Origin: Octopus bimaculoides
Taxonomy: Eukaryota
Direction of reading: 5' to 3'
Length of the DNA: 64,000 nucleotides
NCBI RefSeq assembly: GCF_001194135.2
Contig: NC_068982.1
Span: forward strand, 128,650,906-128,714,905
Part shown: positions 28,031-40,700 of the stretch, in pieces
Numbering within the stretch: position 1 is the first letter of the stretch
How the letters are laid out: the number at the start of each line of letters is the position of its first letter
The notes under the pieces: model-generated
What the model saw: the letters and a program-made list of their open reading frames with translations, nothing else
Database searches by the model: none
What the model was told of the DNA's origin: nothing
Position numbers and translations under genes: made by a program

Positions 28031-31000
28031 CACAGATATAGCCCTTTGACTTGTCAGAGCTTATCAAACTTGTTAAACTATCCAAGCCATGTCAGTATGG
28101 AAGCCAGATACTAAATGATGATGATCATCATCATCATTATCATTATTTAACGTCCGCTTTCCATGCTGGCATGGCTTGGATGGTTTGACTGAGGGCTGGC
28201 AAGCTGGGAGGCTGCACCAGGCTCCGATCTGATCTAGCAAGGTTTCTACAGCTGGATGCCCTTCCTAATGCCAACCACTCTGAGAGTGTAGTGGGTGCTT
28301 TTTACGTTCCACCAGCATGTGAATCAGTCAGGTGGCACTGGAATCGACCATGCTCAAATGGTGTCTTTTATGTGCCACTGGCATGGGTGCCAGTCAGGCG
28401 ACACTGGAATTGGTCATGCTCAAATGGAGCTTTTTTACATGTTACCAGCACAGGTGCCAGTCAGACAGCACTGGCATCAGCCATGCTCGAATGGTGCTTT
28501 TTACATGCCACTGGCACAGAAGCCAGTCAGGTGACACTGGTATTGGCCATGCTCAGATGGTACTCTGTACGTGTCACCGGGACGGGTGCCAGTCAGGCAG
28601 CACCAGCATTGATGATGATAATTTTTTTAGATGAATTATTTTGATAGAATCTAATTAAAAACTTACAGATATTTTTAGTAGTTTTTGTTGTATCATATGT
28701 TTCCAGTGGTTGACTTTTCCCTTCAGAATTGAGAGCAGTGACTCTGAAGAAATATTCGGTATCTTCATTTAGGTCATGAACAGTGAAAGAAGTGGATTTG
28801 GAATCGACTGAACCAGCTTTCGACCAGGAAGAACGAGTTGAAGCTTTGTATTCAATAAGATAAGATGTGATAGGTTTTCCTCCATCTTTTTCAGATGGCT
28901 TCCATGAAAGATCAATGGATTTGTATGTGACATTTTGTGTCGTTAATGGTCCAACTGGTCGAGATGGTACATCTGAAAATGAAAACAAATATCAGAATGA
29001 GAAAATGAATTTTAAAAATTTATGTGAATTTGGAAATAAAATGCTTAGAAAATAATTATTTTATTAATAAATAAATATATTAAACTTTATTCTTGGTTAA
29101 TGTTTACAATTTGATTTCATTTATTCAAAGTAAATATATTGGTATTAACACATATACATATACTTATGTTCATATACATATTTATATGCATGCACACACA
29201 AATAATAGAGTAACTTTATTAACTTTATATGAACTGAAAAGTCATAAAAATGAAATCAATAAAACAAAGGTGAACTAAAATATTATCAGAAATCAAATAG
29301 TACAAGTATTCCTTTTGTTATGAAAGCATTGCATTCCTGAAAAGTTTGGTGCAACATATAATTTTCTAACATGTAATCCATTTTTTCATTGGCTTCCATA
29401 TTATACAGCATGGGAAAATAGGTTTCATGTCTGTGCTGATGCCACATTAAAAGCACTTGTGCCAGCACCATCTACAAAACACTCAGTATACTCTGTAAAG
29501 TGGTTGGTGTCAGGCAACCCATCCAGATATAGAAACCATACCAAAACATGACGACTGGAGCCTGGTGCAGCCTTCCAGCTAGCCAGCTTCTGTCAAGCTG
29601 CCCAACCCATGCCAGCATAGAAAACAGATGTTTGATGATGATGATGATAATGGTATGATGATGATGATGATGATGATGATGATAATGATTATAATGCTGG
29701 CAGAATCGTTAGCACACCGGGCGAAATGCTTAGTGGTATTTCGTCTGCTGTTACACTCTGAGTTCAAATTCTGCCGAGGTCAACTTTGCCGTTCATCCTT
29801 TCGGGGTTGATTAAATAAGTACCAGTTATGCACTGGGGTCGATGTAATCGACTTAACCCCTTTGTCTGTCTTTGTTTGTCCCCTCTATGTTTAGCCCCTT
29901 GTGGGTAATAAAGAAATTGATAATGATTATGATAATGATGCTATGGAATTCCACATCATGGCAATATTTTCAAGAATGCAATGATTCTGTAATGCAGGAG
30001 TCACTTGTATTTGATTTATTAAAAAAAGTAACAATAAAATAATTTAGATTTCAGCATGGGGCTATAAAAAGCTTTCAGTCACTCTAATATTTTAGATTTT
30101 TATACTTACCAAATGGACTCTTAACAAGAGTTGCTTCTTTAGTGTCCAAAGGTTCACTGCTTCCTATTTTGTTTTCAGCATAAACTCTAAAGTAATATTC
30201 TGTTTTCTCATGGAGATTTTTTATTTGATACTCATTTGTTCCTTCTCTCACTTTTTCAACTTTAGACCAGTATTTGTTGGAAGAAGCTCGTTTTTCAATA
30301 ACATAACCTGTTATAGGAGAGCCACCATCATCACTAGATGGTTTCCACTTGATGCAGACTGAATCTTGTTGAATGTTGGTAACAAGAAGAGGACCAGTTG
30401 GTTTTGATGGTACAACTGTATAACAAAATTATAGATAGTATTGAGCAACTATTTTAACAATGAACTCATCTTTAATTCAAACATTTTATGATTGACAGAC
30501 AAAATTTATATGGAAATATAAGGAAATACAGGATAAAAATCAATTTTGTTTTATCAAAATGAATAATTGTTTTTAATTATTTAATTATCATGATTTAATT
30601 TTCAATTTATACGAAATTGCTACGAAACCAATTTTTGAAATGAATATAAGCAAAAACTTAAAATCTCAACAAATGTATTTTTGAAACATTAAAGGAAATA
30701 TTAGAATTGAGAATATAATACTAACGGAGTCCTTTCTTTGTTGTCACAGAGATTTCGGTGTCAGCTTTGTTACTAGCACCAATCTTATTCAATGCACAAA
30801 TATTGAAGTAATAGTCCATGTTTTCATCAAGTTTTGTTATACGGCAGCTTGTATCATAAGAGTCAAGTGATGTGACTGTGGTCCAGTTGCCTGGTTTCTG
30901 TGGTGACATTTGCACAACATATCCTGTAATGGGTGTTCCACCATCAACTGCTGGTGCAGACCATTCCAATTCAACAAAGTTTTCTCCAACTCTTGATGCT

Positions 31001-31709
31001 CTGAAATTGGCAGGCTTTTCTGGAGGAGCTTTTAAAAAGAGAAAAGAAATGTAATGAATATTTGTCATACATCAAATGAAAATGTTTAAGAAAGAGGATT
31101 TTTGGCTTCAAGGATATTTTTAGTCAATCAAATTTATAACCTTAATAGGAAAAGTCATGCATGTCAATGAAAAGTTTTTTTTTGAAAAGACAAAGGAGGG
31201 AACTCTGAAATTTAAATGAACTAAAAATTAAATGATGGTATGCAGTGCAGACAAAATCTGATATTTGGTAAACATGATGATGATTCTAGACATGTTTCAG
31301 TCATATACCTCCTCAGCAAACCATAATCTAACACAAACCACAGAATCATTTCAACTGATTACCATTTCTTCTGACTTGCAATATTAAGTATATAAGACAA
31401 GACTTAACTCTATATTTTTCATCCAGAAGGCTCCTTTCAGAAACTTTCCAATGATACTTTAAATAAACTGAACATTAATATTATGAAAATAACTAAATAC
31501 TAATTTGTTGAAATCCAGCCTCTCCCAGTGTAGCAAAAATAAACAGAGGTAAGATGATAATGCTAATGATGATATTTCTCTGGCAAGCACTCAGCATACA
31601 CTGTAAAGTGGTTGGCATTAAGAAGAGCATCCAGCCATAGAAATCAAGCCAAATCAGACTGGAACCTGGTGGATATCAGCATGGAAAACAAACGTTGAAG
31701 ATAATGATG

Positions 31710-31749
<40 letters not shown>

Positions 31750-34700
31750 CAAGTATATTGTTCAAGTGTTTTCAGCTATAATTTTTTCTGTTACATTTTA
31801 AAGGGATATATTTAAGGGTCAGTTTAATTGGTGGTATTGTATTGTATTGCTCTCCAACCCATACCGACATAGGAGAAGAAGATATGACTCAAATGCTGCT
31901 GCTGCCAATGATAATGGTATATAAATCCTTTCATAAAAATTAGTGTCATCTAATCTAAAAAATATTTTACTTTAGGTGTGTCTATTAGAAGATTCTGTGA
32001 AATTCTGATAATTTTCTATTCTTGTTCTCTTTAAGGTAATTTACATATATGGTATTATATAGTAATGGCTTGGAAAATAAATAAGAATGATAAGAGAGTA
32101 TTTACTTAGTTCCCTCATTGGTTTGACAACATCAGTTGAAACAAGAGGCAAACTTCGTCCTTCAGCATTGACAGCAACCACACGGAAGAAATATTCCAGT
32201 GATTCAATCAAATCTGTGGCTTTGAATGAAGTTGTCTTAGGTGGCACCCTGCCAGCAGTTGACCATGTTGTTCTTGTAGCAGTCCTGTATTCAACAATAT
32301 ATTCTTTGAGTTCACATCCACCATCACTGAGAGGTGGCTTCCATTCTAATTCAGCTGAATCTTTAGTAATGTTGCTTATAATCAATGGACCCTCAGGAAC
32401 AGATGGAACATCTAAAAAGAAATTAAATATAAATACAGTGTTAATATTTCAAATAGATTCAGTAAGAATATTTTTAATCATCTCTTTTAATATCAGCCCA
32501 CCCGTGTCCTATGATAGAAACTTTTGGTTTTAAAGTGATCTAAAATAAAACCTTCCTTTAAAATTTCATGTTAATTTATCTTCCAGACACCAGATTTCAA
32601 AATTAATTGCAACTAAAGTCAATGTATTTCAACAAGAAATATGGTAACAAAAAAAGGGTTAATAAATAAGTGTAGTTTCTAACTTGATATTTTATCACAC
32701 TTTTATTTATGATTAAATTAATTAAAAATTAAAATAAAGAGAAAAATACAAAAACCTTTATCAAGAATTCTGATAATAATACTCACTGAATGGGCTCTTT
32801 GCTGTAGTAGCTGCTTCCGTTTCTAATGGTTGACTCTGTCCAAGCATATTCTCAGCAATGACTCTGAATAGATATTCATTTTTCTCATATAGATTAGTGC
32901 AGCACACTTCTAATGTACTTGCTTCAACTTTTTCAACTCTCGACCAAATTAATGATTTAGGAGTTTTCTTTTCAACTTGGTAGAACATAACTGGAGAACC
33001 ACCATCATCCTGAGGTGGTTTCCATCTTAGACTGATTGAAGTGCGCTGTACGTCAACAATTTCAATGGGTCCAGTAGGCATTGAAGGAACAGCTGAAAGA
33101 TAAGAGTAGTCTATTTTCAAACAAGTCAATAATAAAGATATCGTAATTATTATTGCAAAGATGTTTTTTTTATAGATATAAAAAATGATTATTTTATTTC
33201 TTCAGTGAGTGTAGAAGCCTGCTCCACTTTTGTTTTTAGAGTGGTCAATACATCACACTGTTTGGCTGAACATTGCCTCTGAGCCATGAATGAATTTAGC
33301 AAATGTAAGAATGTAGACTAAGTTTCTGATGGAACGTCATCGTGATCTGACTGCATGCCTGCATTCTCTACACTTCTCTAAATGCTAAAAACAGTAATAA
33401 AAAAAAAAACTAATCCTGCTGAATACTCTTCCTTCTACTTCTCTAACATTCATAGACTCCAATCTAACCTAAATCTCATTACAAACATTGAAATTTAGTT
33501 CTAAACCAAAATTTGACACACATATATATATATCTTTGCTTTGTCTCCATATATCTTAAGGAGCTTATCATGTTTTTGTTTTCACTTCCATGAAACTTTA
33601 TGTAACACGAGGAGCTAAGGCAACCTGTTAATATATATATATATATATCAATGATTTTAATGCTACTATATTTAAAAAGCTGACTTAAGTTGATCTATGA
33701 AGGATTCAATTCTCAATAAAATACTTACTTGCTTCACGTTGAGTGATAACAGAACCAACGGTTTCACATGGTTTTCCCATACCAGCTTTATTTTCAGCTG
33801 AGACAGAGAAGTAATAACCAACATTCTTTTCCAGATTAGTTACTTTGAATGATGTATCTAAACCTTCAACAACCATCAGACGTTCCCATTCATCCTTCTT
33901 GTCTTTTCGCTTTTTAACAGTATATTTCAGAATCTTAGAACCACCATCACTCTTTGGTGGTCTCCATTCAAGGCAGACATAATTTTCACCAATTTGGCTA
34001 GCTCTTACATTAACTGGTGGTCCAGGTACATCTATAAGGCAAAATGAAAATAATTTTTATTTATTTGTAAATCAATAAAAATATAAATATTAAGAACTTT
34101 CTATAAACCATTTTGCATTCAATTTAATTTCAGAAACAATTACGTCATAATTTTATCATATTAGCAATTAATTGCTCATGAATTTTCAGGTAATATTTCA
34201 ATTATGTAGACATCCATCGTAAATTTAGAAATATATCATATTTACTCATGTATAAATCATACAATTTTATATTTGATTTTAACTGAAAAAACTAGGGTGC
34301 AATCTATGCAGAGAGCAAAGTTATAAGTTTAAGGGAAAAATTTTGTACCAAGATTTATTACTAAATTAGGGGTATGACTCATAAGTAAATACAGTGAATG
34401 TGGTATTCTATTTTTGAACAATTTTAGTTAAAAGTCAACAAATAAAGACAGACAAGAAAGAATTTTCAATCCTTAAACTATAACTTACGTATTTCTCGAG
34501 AAGGTATTGTTGCTTCAGTTGTCTCTAAAGGTGGACTCTGTCCTTCTTCATTGACAGCAATGACACGGAAGTAATATTCAGTTCCTTCAGCTAATCCAAG
34601 AACTCTATAAACATTAACATTAGCTTCAACTTCTGCAGCATTTAACCAACTAGGTCGGGTTGCAGATTTGTATTCAATAATATATTTGGTAATTGGACTG

Positions 34701-37700
34701 CCACCATCAGAATCAGGTGCTTTCCATTCAAGATCAACATAGTCATAAGATATTTTAACGACTTCAAGGGGACCCTTAGGACGTCCTGGAGGACCTGTAA
34801 GTAAAATTTTTTTAAATAAGTAGTAAGAAAATCTCTATAGTGGTTCAACTAGAACTGTATATGAATCTATTTTATTTCATGGAGTCTTCTGTTCAATACT
34901 AAAACATCTAAAATTATAATAATTTAGAGTCTCATCAAAATACTTAAAGATAAAATGTAATTATAACTTCATGCTCAATAGATTTATAGTTAACATGGAA
35001 ATAAAAGTATATGCTGAGTTCCTTTTGACTAAATTGATGGACTTGGTCAAGAGACTAATCCTAGATGATTTAGATAATATTAATTTAATAATTATCTTTA
35101 TCTAGCTGAGAAATCGCAAGCATTTCAATTTTAGAAATAAATTTCTAACATTATGATGAACAGTCAACCATAAAATATAATCAGACTCACTTAAGCTATT
35201 TCTAGATGGAAAAACATATCCATATACACAAAATATTTCTAAAAAAGGAATATATATATTCATAAAAATTTATATTCATGAAAGCTTTTTAAATTCTTAC
35301 AGAAATCTATAGGGTTAAAAAAAGACTTTCTAGTAGTGTCTTCCTAAACAATAAGTAATGAATTTAAGGGTAATTTGGCAACTAATAAATTAATATAATG
35401 CAGCTGATATAAATTTCAGTTTATATTTGAACAAGATAAGTTTAATAGCAAAATAATAACCATATAAAATTGATGTAAGAGTTTTAATATACTCACCGAA
35501 TGGACTCTTGGCCATTGTTGATGCATCTGAAATCAGTGGTTCACTGTAGCCTATTTTATTTACAGCAGAAATTCTGTAATCATATTCAGTGTTTGCTCTT
35601 AAATTCTGGATATTAAAGGATGTAACAGTGGCAGGCAGTTGCTGAACCTTATTCCAGTACTGACGCTTACTTTCTTTTTGTTCGATGAGATAACCTGTCA
35701 GAGGAGATCCTCCATCATCTTCTGGGTGTTTCCATGAAATATTCATTGAAGTTTTCATGATATCAGTTACTTTGATAGGTCCTCTTGGACTTGATGGTTT
35801 TTCTAGAGAAATAAATATTAAAACAAATTTCTTATGGTAATAAAATATTATGTGATTACTTATTTAAAAAATATTTAACAAAATGACTGAATAATTAAAT
35901 ATATAGTCACAGGCATGGCTGAGTAGTTAAGATATTCACTTTGAAACCACATGGTTTCAGGTTCAATACCACTTAATGGCATCTTGGGCAAGTGTTTTCC
36001 TCTCTAGTTTTGAGATTACTAATGCCTTATGAATGAAATTTGGTAAACAAAAACAATACAAAGGCCTGTTTTACATGTGTATGTATGTTGGATTCCATGT
36101 GATTTTGCATTGACATTGCTTGGGCAATGTTTAAGCTTTGATAGTTTGACATGAATTAAAATACCCTTAAAAAAATAAAGGCAGGTGTCAGGAAGAGTGT
36201 ACAGTCATAGAAAACTATCTCAAGAAGTCCCATTCAACCCATGCCAGTATGGACTTAAAAATAGACTCAAAAACGAATGTCATGATTATGATTACAATGA
36301 TGACGATGAGATATATAATATATAAATCACTTACGTGGCTGTCTCATTGGGCATACAGCATGATCTGCATCAGCTGGTTTGCTAAGACCAACTTTATTCT
36401 CAGCACATATAGAGAAGTAGTAATTAACATTTTGTCTGAGATTTTTCAATGTGCAAGATAATTCATGAGAAGTGACTGATGTCATTTTTGTGCGCTCATC
36501 ATCCAATGATTCTCGTTTCAGTATCACATAACCAGTAATCCTAGAACCTCCATCATCAATTGGTGGCTTCCATTCCATAACAGCAAAGTCAGCACCAATT
36601 TTCGTAGCACGGAAGTAAATAGGTTGACCAGGAAGATCTGCAAGACAATTTATTTGTAATTATTTAGTCTATGTAGTTGTAGTAAAGTCATAATGGAAAG
36701 AAAAGAAAATTGAAATAAAGAAATTGAATGATAAAAAGAAATTTTTATTTTTTTCCAAACTTACTAATTTTCTTGATAGGTTTTGTTGATTCATCAGATT
36801 CCAAAGGTGGACTCTGACCTTCATCATTGACAGCTGTTACTCTAAACATGTAATCTGTGTCTTCCATCAAGTTGTTTGCAGTAAATGTAGTTGTCTTTCC
36901 ATCTACTGTACCAGCTTTAGACCAGAAAGTTCTAGAAAGTACTCTGTATTCAATGATATAACTTGTAACAGGCTTTCCACCATCTTTCTGTGGTGGTTTC
37001 CAGGCCATGTCAACTGAGTTGTGGGTGACATCTTTAATTTCCAAAGGTCCAGTTGGACGAGATGGCACATCTAGAAAACATAAGAGAATATGATTATTTC
37101 ATGTATGAAATAATTTGGTGAGTTTTATATTAAAAAAACAAAATGCTAGACATGAAACTATAAAAAAAAAACGTATGTTATTAATTAATATAATCATAGG
37201 AAATTTCAGTGTTCTCTCATAATTATGTCTGGATCATCAGTTATTGGAAAATTGGAAGTGTGTCAGTAAATGTAGAAGCATACTCACTGAATGGACTTTT
37301 AGCCATAGTGGAATCTTGTGTTTCAAGAGGTTCACTCTGTCCGACTTTGTTCTCAGCAATTACTCTGAAATGGTACTCAGCATGGTCATGGAGATTTCGA
37401 ACATATAGTTCTGTTGTGTCAGCATCTACTTTGGTTACCTTTGACCAAAATTTGCTTGATGTTGGACGTTTCTCAACAATATAACAAAGAATTGGTGATC
37501 CACCATCATCTTTTGGTGGTTTCCATTTGATTGCAATAGAATCTCGTTGAACATCAGTTACAACAAGACTAGTTGGACGAGCAGGTACAACTAAAGAAGG
37601 TAAGAAAAACAGAATTTTGAAGAAATATGAACATAGTTTAGTCCAAAATTGAAAGTAATTCAGAAGTATTTTTTATCAAAATTATGTAATGAAAATTTAT

Positions 37701-40700
37701 CTCAATATAAGAGTAAAATAATACAATGAACATAACTAATTTGATTTCTATTATTGCAGATTATTATGACTTTTGTAGAAAATTAAATGCAAGTATAACA
37801 TCACTAAATCAAAATCTTTCTCTTACACAATAAATATTCAACTGTTGATCCCTATCAAATAATTGTTCAGTCACATGGTCATGATAGTTGCTACAACCAA
37901 TTTTCTGTTTTAAACTCATATTGATATAGCCTTTCCAATGTTGTCAGTATGGTGACTCAGTTTGTGGCACAAAAATGTTATTGCTTTACAAACATTTATG
38001 CAAACTTTGATTATTTTCTTTCTTTTCTCAAAATATGTAAGTTCTTTTTACTTTGTTATCATTCACTGATATCACACTAGATATTCTAATTTTTCACCTG
38101 CATTAATCAAAGGTTTTGCAAACTTTTATCTCATTTATCGATATAGTTTTCCTAAAGGTATAACAAGCCACTGAGTAATAATAATTCTTCTATTATTTGT
38201 AGCACATACAAATGCAAATTATATTCTTTGAGGTTATCTTCTACAAAAGAATCAACAAGTTTATTTGTTTTTCTGCTTCATTACATTTCAGTAATTATTC
38301 ATTATTTTGTAAATAACACATAATATTTATTTCTAAACTGGCACAAAAATTTTAAAATAAAAAGAAAACTACTTACGCAATCCTTTCATGGTTGTTACTG
38401 GTTTACTTGTTTCAACTGGTTCACTGACACCAATTTTGTTTTCAGCACATACACCAAAGTAATAATTCATATCTTCCAGAAGATCAGTAATGCATAAGTT
38501 TGTATCATATGCACTGAGTAAGGCTACACGTTTCCAATCATCAGGGCTATGTTGAGACAAATAGACTACATAGCATTCTATAGCACTTCCACCATCAGAC
38601 TTTGGTGGATCCCATTTTATTTCAACAAAATCTTCTCCAATTCTTGTGGCTCTTAAATCAACTGGAGGTAGTGGGCAGCCTAGGAAAAATCGAAGTACTT
38701 ATGAATATTTATTTCATCAAGTTTAATAAGGATATGAAAAAGTATTAATTGTTCTTTATTAAATATAATGTTATAAATTTATAGAAAACAACTTTGGACA
38801 TTTTGACTTCTTTAGTTCTTAAAAATACATTAAAACAATAATCTTAAATAGATACATACTCATTTCTTTCATTGGTTTTACGAAATCAGATCCAGTTAAG
38901 GGCTGACTCTGTCCTTCTGAATTAACTGCAATGACACGGAAGAAATATTCACTGCCTTCACATAGATTAGAAGCAGTGTAATTTGTAGTTTTAGCATCCA
39001 TGAAGCTTGCTTTTGACCATGTTGTTCTTGCAGATGTTCTATACTCAATAAGATAACCAGTAATTGGGGACCCACCATCTTTCTTAGATGGTTTCCATTC
39101 AAGGTCAGCAGAATTCATTGTCACATTTGAAATTACCAATGGACCAACAGGAGGAGATGGTACACCTGTTAAAGACAAGTAGTAATTTTTTTTAAATGAG
39201 GTATAACTTTGAAAACCAAATTTGTTAATTTTCTTAGTTATTAAACATTTTACTAAATTAATTGTTATTCGTCTTATATAATTTAATATCAATTGAAATT
39301 TTCCTTTTAATTGGATAACACTTGAATATACTGAAAAACACTTACTGTATGGAGATTTTGCAGTGACTGCACTATCACAGACCAATGGTTCACTTGTTCC
39401 TACACTGTTCACAGCCAAAACTCTAAACAAGTAGTCAGTGTTCTCATAAAGGTTTGTTATTGTGTAGTCAAATAAGGATGACTCCACTGTGTCAACTTTG
39501 GTCCAAAGAAGTCCTTTAGTTGTTTTTCTTTCAATTATATAATCAGTTACTGGAGAACCACCATCTGTTAGAGGAGCTTTCCATCTAATGCTTACTGAAG
39601 TACGACTGAAATCAGTAATTTCAAGAGGTCCTTGTGGTTTGGAAGGAACAGCTGAAAATATTAAAAGAAATATATTTAGAGTTTGAATATTTTCATTATG
39701 ATGCACTGCAAAAATAAAATTTGGTGGATCATTTAAAAAAATACAAAAAAACAATGTAGTCATGCAACAAAAAAGAATGCCATACTAAGTAAACCCATGT
39801 GTTTGAAAGGAGATATATCTGTGAGTGTGCTTTCAGCAAGAATAGAGGAAATTTTAAAATGCATGACTAATTTATGAGAAAGAAAGCAAAATAAGTATAA
39901 GGGATTAATAAAATTCTAAGGTAGTATTGGAAAGTTCTTGAACCAGAAAGAGTAGAAAAAGTGTACACCATTACTCCATAATGTGTATCACATATTTATT
40001 TTCATATATCATCCTCTTTAAAATAGTTCTCTTGGGAGTGTAGACAGCTATACCTCCATGTTTACTATGCTGAAAAATCATCACAGAAATCTTTCAATAC
40101 TTTTTGCAATTCTCTTTCATAATCACCTACCATTTTGATGATTCTAAGGTTCAAAAGTAGGTCATTGTTAACCTTTTCATGAGGTTCAAAATACAAACCA
40201 AGATACTGCTGCTTCTGATCAAATGGCAAAAGCCAGGGGACATACTTCATGTCAAGATGAAGTATGTTCATGTTTTCCATAAGAATTTCCTACAAACTCT
40301 ATAACTGATCTCATTCAAGAGAAGAGGATGATGGTTTGTTTGGCAACAGTTCTCCTGTGTGAGGTCACACACATTGGTTTTAATAGTCCAATCAGAACGC
40401 ATGCACCCTGGAAACTTTTAAAAATACCATAGAATTACATAATTATGGATACAGTTTAAAATATATTATCAACTTACTTAATTCTTTAACAGGTATAACA
40501 CCATTTGGCATTTCTGCTGCTGGACCACTTCCTGCTTTATTCTCAGCAGAAACTGAGAAATAATACTTTGTGCCTTCAGTAAGATTATCTATCTTCACTC
40601 TTCTGTCTGAGCCATCAGTAGTAGCTACCCGTACCCAGTCAGTCTTCTTATCATCTTTCTTCTTAATGATGTATTTTGTGATTCTTGAACCACCATCTTC

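Noticed and set aside
28291-28644. CRISPR-like array or repeat-protein ORFs
   Set aside because: Contiguous 66-bp tandem units with no unique spacers, no cas genes and a eukaryotic intron context. The ORFs arise because 66 is a multiple of 3.
32087-32533. Plus-strand ORFs overlapping FN3 exons (e.g. 32087-32533, 52035-52367, 59754-60098, 8606-8887)
   Set aside because: Antisense shadows of coding exons, where stop codons are depleted by codon usage; no independent protein features.
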